Shown piece after piece: positions 57,972 through 64,000 of a stretch of DNA of 64,000 nucleotides. Position 1 is the first letter of the stretch. Each line of letters starts with the position of its first letter. Below the pieces are notes generated by a model. The model worked only from the letters and a program-made list of their open reading frames with translations, searched no databases and was not told where the DNA came from. The DNA is from Spirochaetia bacterium (GTDB lineage: Bacteria > Spirochaetota > Spirochaetia > DSM-2461), in the NCBI GenBank assembly GCA_963668315.1, contig OY764216.1, positions 5,408,001 through 5,472,000 of the forward strand, given 5' to 3'. The position numbers were made by a program, and so were the translations under genes.

Positions 57972-58784
57972 ATGAAAGAAAGAAAGACAGGCCGGCTGAT
58001 GCCACTCGCGGTGGTTCTTCTGGGACTCACCGCCATGGTAACCGTCGGCGGAGAGCAACCCGACAAGCCGCTGGACAAGCTTGGGCCGGCGTGGCAGGTG
58101 GGTGATTCGTGGAAAGTGCGAGCCGTGACGATCCAATCACAAGCGGCCGACAAGAGTTCCGAGCAGCAACAGCAGGCGAAGAAACCTGTTGACTGGCAGT
58201 TCACCGTCACCGGCACGGAGAAAATCAAGAATCGCGACTGTTACCGGGTTTCGGTCACTTGCCTGACGAAGGGGCCGAACCAACCGGTCACGACTCTGTG
58301 GTTCGACGTGGAGAACCGGACGTTGACGCGAGTGGAAGCGAAGATCCTGATCAAGGGCAAATGGCGAGTCTTCACCGAGACCTACGTTTCCCAGGATGGG
58401 AAACCTTGCCCGGTCCTCGGTCCGATTCCGGCGCTTCCCTTGGACTTCCCCGTGTTCACCGAGGAAGGCGGGACAAAGAACCTCGCGTCTCAGACCTACG
58501 AGGCCATCTACGGGGACAAGGGCGTGAAGTCCATCGACGACGTCGGTTTCGCCTTCTCGGTTGATCAGAGCTTCTCTCCGGCAAAGGCCGACCACGTGAA
58601 GTCGTTGGCGCCGACCAGTGAAGGCGAGGGAGTTGTGGAAGTGGAAATCCGTGGTGCACGTCGCCGCGTGTCTCAACTCTGGCAACCCGGCGCACCTTGG
58701 CCCATCTATAGCAACAACGGCATGACGGAAGCTCGGCTCGTGGAAGTCAAGCGTGCCGGCAACGCCGAGGAGGAGGTGCAGTGA
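57972..58784 (+). CDS. Secreted beta-rich hypothetical protein
   Basis: GGAGG RBS; signal peptide; WQVGDSWKV; QQQQ tract; TGATG coupling to the next gene. Confidence 0.8.
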   Translation: MKERKTGRLMPLAVVLLGLTAMVTVGGEQPDKPLDKLGPAWQVGDSWKVRAVTIQSQAADKSSEQQQQAKKPVDWQFTVTGTEKIKNRDCYRVSVTCLTKGPNQPVTTLWFDVENRTLTRVEAKILIKGKWRVFTETYVSQDGKPCPVLGPIPALPLDFPVFTEEGGTKNLASQTYEAIYGDKGVKSIDDVGFAFSVDQSFSPAKADHVKSLAPTSEGEGVVEVEIRGARRRVSQLWQPGAPWPIYSNNGMTEARLVEVKRAGNAEEEVQ

Positions 58785-60817
58785 TGATACGCTTCACGAA
58801 ACACAATCGCCTGCCGATTGCGGCAGTTCTGCTTTCCCTGTCCGCCTGTCTTGCGGCCGTCTCTCCGAGTTGCGCCGAAGTGGAAGAGGCACGTACGGAC
58901 ACCGATCCGTGGTCCGGCTACTGGTGGCCGATCTCTCGGGGCGAAATGCTCGTTCCGCTCGGCAAATACGACGCCCTGATCGGCGCCCGTGCAGCCGCAT
59001 GGGAGCGGGCCAACAATCCTCCCGGGGCGAACGTTCCCAAGTGGTTCGGCTATTGTCACGCCTGGGCCGCCTCGTCCATCATGGAACCCGAACCGGCCGC
59101 GGCGATCCGCGTTCAGAACGTGGGACTCGGTGTGGGCGATCAGAAGGGACTGCTGGCGGCATGCCATGCCAACGATGTGGCCAATTCCTTCGGTGATCGT
59201 TTTGGCGACGGGCAAGGCAGCGAAGATCCTCACGATCTGCCTCCCGACGAGTTCTGGATGTTGCTCAAACGGCACATTCGCGAACAGGGCGTTCCCTTGA
59301 TTGCCGATATCGAAGCCGGTGACGAAGTGTGGAACTACCCGATCTTTGCGTATCGCGTCGAATACGCTCCGGCGGGTGGGACCGACCGATACCAGGGGAC
59401 GATTTCCATCTGGATGGCAGACGATGCTGTGCCCATGGACTACGTCGGGGTCAAACGGCTGTTCAAGAAGTACCTTTTCGAGGTTTCCATGCGTAACGGC
59501 AGCGTTGTCATGGGAACGGGAAAATGGCTTGGCACCAGCCGCGACAACCATCCCGACTTCGCTTGGTTTCCCTACGTCGTTCGTCCTGAGAATCCCCAAG
59601 TCGATTACGGCAAGGTGACGAAGATCCTGGGAACGCGGCCGGCCGGCGGCACCACTCCCCCGGATTCCGACACGCCAGCTTCCGCCAATACTCCGGATTC
59701 GACTCCAACGGGCACGCCTGCAGGTACGCCCAGTGGTACGCCCAGTGGTACACCCAGTGGTACACCCAGTGGTACACCCAGTGGTACACCCAGCGGTACA
59801 CCCAGCGGTACACCCAGTGGTACACCCAGTGGTACACCCAGCGGTACACCCAGTGGTACACCCAGTGGTACACCCAGTGGTACACCCAGCGGTACACCCA
59901 GCGGTGCACCCAGCGGTACACCCAGCGGTACACCCAGCGGTACACCCAGTGGTACGCCCAGTGGTACGCCCAGTGGTACGCCCAGCGGTACGCCCAGTGG
60001 TACGCCCAGCGGTACACCCAGTGGTACACCCAGTGGTACACCCAGTGGTACACCCACGCCCAGCGGCACCCCCGGCGGAACTCCGGGAGCTGCACCGAGC
60101 GGCGAACAACCTTCCCGGCCCCCGAGCGGTGTTGTCGTCCAGGCTCGTCCCGAGCCGTTGCTGCTGGATCCGATGGATCTGGTTTCGCTGATCGCCACGC
60201 GAACGTCGGACTTCGCATTGGATATCACGGTCGACCGTTTTGACGGCGGAAAGTACCGGGAAGGCGACCTGGTGTCGATTTCCGGCAAGTCAGCGAGAAG
60301 CGGTTATCTGTACCTGTTGGCCGTCGACACGGAAGGCGTTCCCTCGCTGCTCTACCCGCAGCCCGGCGACGACAACCGTATTGAAGGCGGCGTGGAGTTC
60401 GAGGTTCCGGCGCGGAAGTCCAAGTACCAGTTTCGGCTGTTTCCGCCCCTGGGCGACTACCGGATCAAGGGAATCGTTTGCGAGAAGCCGCTGGAATTCT
60501 CCGGTCTTGTGACGGGTTCCCAACAGCAGGTCGCCTCGTCACCGCAGGCGGCCCAGTCGTCGCAGACCTCCGACGGCAAGGAGGCAGAGACGTCGGACGT
60601 GGCGATTGACCAGCAGAAGTTTCGTTGGAACCCGACGCAACGCGCGCAAGTGAAACAGTTGCTCACGGAGTACAAGAGCAAGGGCAACCTGTCGCAGGAA
60701 CAGGTCGATCATGTCGACCCGCACAACGTTCTCGGTGAGTTTGCCCAGGATGAAGTGGCTTTTTACGTTGGCAAACGCGGGAAGACGCCGCTCCAATCCG
60801 GGAAGGTCCAGCGCTGA
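58784..60817 (+). CDS. Secreted GP42/TGase_elicitor-type transglutaminase domain + (GTPS)n linker + DUF4384-like domain
   Basis: PWSGYWWP, WFGYCHAWA (Cys-His), EVWNYP and HPDFAW motifs; C-terminal DR...KY.EGD...GYLYL...LYP...DNRI. Confidence 0.78.
   Translation: MIRFTKHNRLPIAAVLLSLSACLAAVSPSCAEVEEARTDTDPWSGYWWPISRGEMLVPLGKYDALIGARAAAWERANNPPGANVPKWFGYCHAWAASSIMEPEPAAAIRVQNVGLGVGDQKGLLAACHANDVANSFGDRFGDGQGSEDPHDLPPDEFWMLLKRHIREQGVPLIADIEAGDEVWNYPIFAYRVEYAPAGGTDRYQGTISIWMADDAVPMDYVGVKRLFKKYLFEVSMRNGSVVMGTGKWLGTSRDNHPDFAWFPYVVRPENPQVDYGKVTKILGTRPAGGTTPPDSDTPASANTPDSTPTGTPAGTPSGTPSGTPSGTPSGTPSGTPSGTPSGTPSGTPSGTPSGTPSGTPSGTPSGTPSGTPSGAPSGTPSGTPSGTPSGTPSGTPSGTPSGTPSGTPSGTPSGTPSGTPSGTPTPSGTPGGTPGAAPSGEQPSRPPSGVVVQARPEPLLLDPMDLVSLIATRTSDFALDITVDRFDGGKYREGDLVSISGKSARSGYLYLLAVDTEGVPSLLYPQPGDDNRIEGGVEFEVPARKSKYQFRLFPPLGDYRIKGIVCEKPLEFSGLVTGSQQQVASSPQAAQSSQTSDGKEAETSDVAIDQQKFRWNPTQRAQVKQLLTEYKSKGNLSQEQVDHVDPHNVLGEFAQDEVAFYVGKRGKTPLQSGKVQR
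59723..60055 (+). repeat. 12-bp tandem repeat GGTAC(A/G)CCCAG(T/C), about 27-28 units, encoding (GTPS)n
   Basis: Directly visible; variation is almost all at third codon positions, and one unit reads GAPS. Confidence 0.95.
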
Positions 60818-60869
60818 CCCCAAGACAATTCCATTCGATATCAACGTGAAATCAAGACTAGGAGACACA

Positions 60870-62345
60870 ATGATGAGAAGAACCGCCCTGTTTACGCTTG
60901 GAGTCGCGCTGCTGGGATGCTGCCTCGCAGTCGCCGAGGGGGCCGAGAAGCGGCGGCAAGGCCAGGCCACCGCCCGCGGCATTGCCGTTGAGGGAATTCA
61001 GAACTCGACCCCCCAGTTCTCCGTTCGCGTGAGCGTGGATCGGAAGGACCGCACCTACCGCGCAGGCGAACTGGTCGTGGTAACGGTGGAGTCGAGCCGG
61101 GCCGGGTATCTGTATCTGCTGTACTGTGATGCGGAAGAGAACGTTTACGCGGTGTTTCCGAACCAGTACCAGAAGTCGAACCGGATCGAGGCCAACCAGA
61201 AGATCGTGGTCCCGGCGGCCGGCTCGAACTTCCGGTTTCGCATCACCAATCCTTTCGGCAGCGAGATTCTGAAGGCCATCGTGACCGACGAGCCGGTCAA
61301 GGCCGCTGGACTGCCCGATCTTACCAAGAGCGATGCCACCCAGTTGGACGCCGACACACTTCGCGCAGCATTCAAGGGAATGACGGTCGAGGGGGTAGAG
61401 ACGCCTTCATCCCAGGACGAGACGCCTTCGTCCCAGGACGAGACGGACGCCGACGAGACGGACGCCGACGAGACCTGCGTCTGGGCAGAGCACTCCATTG
61501 AACTTCGCACGCTGCCAGCCAACGCCGAACGCGAGATCCACAAGCCTCGCCGTTTCGCCGTGGTGATCGGGATCAGCGATTACTTAAGCCCCGGAATTCG
61601 TGATCTCACGGTCTGCCACGAGGACGCGAAGGTGATGGGGGCCCTGTTGATGGAGAAGTGCGGCGTTGCCGAAGAGGACTGCATTATGCTTCTCAACGAA
61701 GAAGCGACGATGGAGAATGTCCGGCGGGTCTTCTGTGAGGCGTTGCCGAAGCACACGCGGGAAGGCGACGTGATCTTCATCTTCTGGTCGGGTCACGGCG
61801 GCCGCTGTGCCGACGAGGGCGGCGACGAAGCCGATGGCTACGACGAGTATCTGCCTTTGTACGACAGCAAGCGGTTCGAGATGGACACCATGCTCATGGA
61901 CGACACCTTCGGACGCTGGGTCCAGGATCTCGACGGGCGCAAGATCGTCGTCATTCTCGATGCCTGCCACAGCGGAGGCCAGACGAACAAGGCCAAGTCG
62001 CTCTCCAAAGCGATTGGTGACGACGAAAGCTCGGACTGGATGCCGTTCGACTTCGTGGGCAACGAGCTCTCCCGGGTCAAGGACATCGGCCAAGAGGACG
62101 CCGCGATCGTCGCCTCCTCCGTGTCGGCGGAAGTCTCGCACGAGCGGCTCGAGGGCGACCTCAGCGTGTTGACCTACTTCCTCGTGGAGGCGATCAACAA
62201 CGCCACCTCGCCGATAACACTCGACAAGCTGGTCGAGAAGGTCAAGCCCAAGGTCGACGCCTACGTCAAATCGCGGTTTCCCGGCGCCAAACAGTCGGTG
62301 TTCTACCAGACCGACTTGACAGAGCCGCTGATGGTGAATCCGTAG
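60870..62345 (+). CDS. Secreted DUF4384-like + caspase (C14) protein, paralog of 38464
   Basis: AGGAG RBS; signal peptide; DRKDRTYRAGE...GYLYL...FPNQY; FWSGHG and LDACHSG. Confidence 0.88.
   Translation: MMRRTALFTLGVALLGCCLAVAEGAEKRRQGQATARGIAVEGIQNSTPQFSVRVSVDRKDRTYRAGELVVVTVESSRAGYLYLLYCDAEENVYAVFPNQYQKSNRIEANQKIVVPAAGSNFRFRITNPFGSEILKAIVTDEPVKAAGLPDLTKSDATQLDADTLRAAFKGMTVEGVETPSSQDETPSSQDETDADETDADETCVWAEHSIELRTLPANAEREIHKPRRFAVVIGISDYLSPGIRDLTVCHEDAKVMGALLMEKCGVAEEDCIMLLNEEATMENVRRVFCEALPKHTREGDVIFIFWSGHGGRCADEGGDEADGYDEYLPLYDSKRFEMDTMLMDDTFGRWVQDLDGRKIVVILDACHSGGQTNKAKSLSKAIGDDESSDWMPFDFVGNELSRVKDIGQEDAAIVASSVSAEVSHERLEGDLSVLTYFLVEAINNATSPITLDKLVEKVKPKVDAYVKSRFPGAKQSVFYQTDLTEPLMVNP
61398..61475 (+). 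repeat. Nested short duplications (2x21 bp and 2x15 bp) encoding ETPSSQD-ETPSSQD-ETDAD-ETDAD-ET
   Basis: Directly visible. Confidence 0.85.
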
Positions 62346-62368
62346 GCAGAGTTCGAGTCAGGAGCGTA

Positions 62369-62407
62369 GGCAGGGCAGCATCGCCCCCGTGGCGGTGCTG
62401 CCCCGCC
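62369..62407 (+). other. GC-rich intergenic stem-loop (terminator or mRNA-stability element)
   Basis: GGCAGGGCAGCATCGCC / GGCGGTGCTGCCCCGCC, 17-bp arms with one G-U pair and one mismatch; weak U-tract. Confidence 0.5.
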
Positions 62408-62444
62408 TTGCATGTGCTGTGGAGCGGCAAGACACCTGTTGAAC

Positions 62445-64000
62445 ATGTTGAGTGCCATGGTTGCGAGCCTTGTCCAATGTCTGTTGCTGCTGCAAGTGGC
62501 CCTGTGGTGTGCGTGCGTGAGCGGCGCTGAGGCCGATCCGCCGAGCCGGTTCAGCGATGAGCTCGCAAAGGCATCGCAGTTTCTCGCACAAGGTAATCGT
62601 ATCGGGGCATTCGAGATTGCCGATGGTCTGCTAACGCGGGCCAAGTATGTTCCATCCAGAAGAACCGATCTCCCGATCGCAATGCGAGATCTTGCCAACC
62701 GGCTTATGGATTACGGATACTACAGGGAAGCGGAGCCACTGTATCGGGCTGTTCTCGAGTTTTCTGAACGAATCGCCGGTCCGGATTCCGAGGCTGTGGC
62801 AACGAGCGCCAACAACTTGGGGCTTTGCTGTCTTCAGCAAGAGCGATATTCGGATGCCGAAGCACTTCTTAAGCGCTCGCTGCAGATCAGCGAACGTCGT
62901 CTCGGACCAACTCATCGACTGACCGCCGTGCGCTGTGACAATCTGGCAGTGCTGCACCAGGCTCTGGGCCGGTTCAACGAAGCGGAAATGCTTCAGCTGC
63001 GTGCTCTTCGCATCCTGGCGTCTCTACCGAATGCGTCAAAGTGCGACGAAGCCAACGTACTTGGAAACCTTGCAAGCGTACAACAGGACAAGGGATCTGC
63101 GATTGTCGCTGAGCGTGCCTATCAGCACGCGTTGGAGGTATTTGCGCATGCGTTCGGTGAGGACGCTCCGGAGACCGCTCACTGCCTTATGAATCTGAGC
63201 GTACTGTACGAAGAGAACGATCGATACGCAGAGGCGGAGAGCGCCTGCCAAAACGCCAGGAGGGTCCTTCTCCGCACCTTCCCGGCGGATCATCCGCGGA
63301 TCGCGTCGTGCAATAACAGCCTGGGAGCGATATACTGGAAGCAAGGACGCTATCGGGAAGCAGAAGCGAACCTCAAAGCGGCTCTTAACGCTCGTCAGAA
63401 GTGTTTTGGTCCGGGCCATTCGGAAACCGCGGTCACGGCCTCGAACCTCAGTGTGGTCTACTTGGATCAAGGCAGAATCACGGAAGCGGCCAATCTGCTC
63501 GAGGAGACGGTAGAAGTGCTGGAATCCGAGGACGGACCGGTGCATCCGCTCCTCGCTGGAGTTGTGTTGAATCTGGCAACTTGCCGGGTCGCCAAAGGGG
63601 ATAGAGCGGCAGCGGAGGGGCTGTATCGCCGCGCCCTGGAGATTCGTGAGAAGTCCCTTCCGGACGGTTCTCTGTCAACAATCAGCAGCCTGGAAGCCCT
63701 TGCGGGGTTCTATCTCGATGGCAGCCGGATTGAGCAGGCCGAACCGCTGATCGAACGCGCAGTTGCCCTCATTGACCGTCATGAAGCGGCTCCACCACGA
63801 TTGGTCAAGCAAGTGTACATGTCCAGGGCTGATTTGAAGTGGAAAACCAATCGTCGCGAGGACGCCGTCAGTGATTTGGAGGTGGCCATGCAACAGGGCG
63901 ATGCACTGCGCACTCATGCCTCCGGCGTCGAGACGGATCGGGCAAGGGCATTCTCTCAACATGTAGGCGTTTATGAGCGAATGGTGGCATACCAAACACA
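62445..64000 (+). CDS. Secreted TPR protein, probably TPR-CHAT copy 5 (runs off the window end)
   Basis: Absent from the ORF track because it has no stop in the window. Reads MLSAMVASLVQCLLLLQVALWCACVSGAEA|DPP, then TPRs, and ends ...RARAFSQHVGVYERMVAYQT, matching the pre-CHAT linker of copies 1-4 (e.g. FERMVFWQT). Confidence 0.85.
   Translation, partial: MLSAMVASLVQCLLLLQVALWCACVSGAEADPPSRFSDELAKASQFLAQGNRIGAFEIADGLLTRAKYVPSRRTDLPIAMRDLANRLMDYGYYREAEPLYRAVLEFSERIAGPDSEAVATSANNLGLCCLQQERYSDAEALLKRSLQISERRLGPTHRLTAVRCDNLAVLHQALGRFNEAEMLQLRALRILASLPNASKCDEANVLGNLASVQQDKGSAIVAERAYQHALEVFAHAFGEDAPETAHCLMNLSVLYEENDRYAEAESACQNARRVLLRTFPADHPRIASCNNSLGAIYWKQGRYREAEANLKAALNARQKCFGPGHSETAVTASNLSVVYLDQGRITEAANLLEETVEVLESEDGPVHPLLAGVVLNLATCRVAKGDRAAAEGLYRRALEIREKSLPDGSLSTISSLEALAGFYLDGSRIEQAEPLIERAVALIDRHEAAPPRLVKQVYMSRADLKWKTNRREDAVSDLEVAMQQGDALRTHASGVETDRARAFSQHVGVYERMVAYQT

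Noticed and set aside
59723..60055. Tandem repeat as a CRISPR array
   Set aside because: The 12-bp units are contiguous with no unique spacers, lie in frame in a CDS and vary at synonymous sites.

Overview
The window looks like two unrelated segments joined at about 20,912. Segment A (1 to ~20,912) looks like an anaerobe, probably a spirochaete (inferred from gene content). It carries housekeeping and metabolic genes: a GntR regulator with an L-cysteine desulfidase, an XRE regulator, panE, a Nif11-like peptide, a diguanylate cyclase, a giant HPr-domain protein and an aldo/keto reductase. It also carries a probable exopolysaccharide locus: GH16, STAS, a SpoIIE-HATPase fusion, a degenerate MBL-GGDEF-REC protein, a HEAT-GT2 synthase, a clan GH-A hydrolase and a truncated deacetylase. 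Segment B (~20,913 to 64,000) is CpG/TCGA-rich and planctomycete-like (inferred). After a sialidase fragment it is dominated by one locus of more than 42 kb encoding a predicted extracytoplasmic proteolytic cascade. The locus has an ECF sigma factor with a zinc-finger/TM/TPR anti-sigma, six signal-peptide caspase-family (C14) proteins with seven caspase domains (one catalytically dead), and four complete plus one truncated secreted TPR-CHAT proteins with variable TPR arrays on near-identical, mosaic CHAT domains. It also has DUF4384-like, WD40, PDZ and SH3 modules, a GP42/TGase_elicitor-type transglutaminase, and Gln/Lys-rich secreted proteins. A shared candidate ECF promoter (CGCGCAA-N16-G(A/T)(C/G)(C/T)AT) lies upstream of three transcription units, and the first gene of each carries a VSQK motif. 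My hypothesis is a sigma-controlled caspase/CHAT cascade that ends in transglutaminase cross-linking, loosely like clotting. Two single-base frameshifts look like sequencing errors. I saw no rRNA, tRNA, CRISPR array or transposase. All domain calls come from reading motifs, not from database searches.
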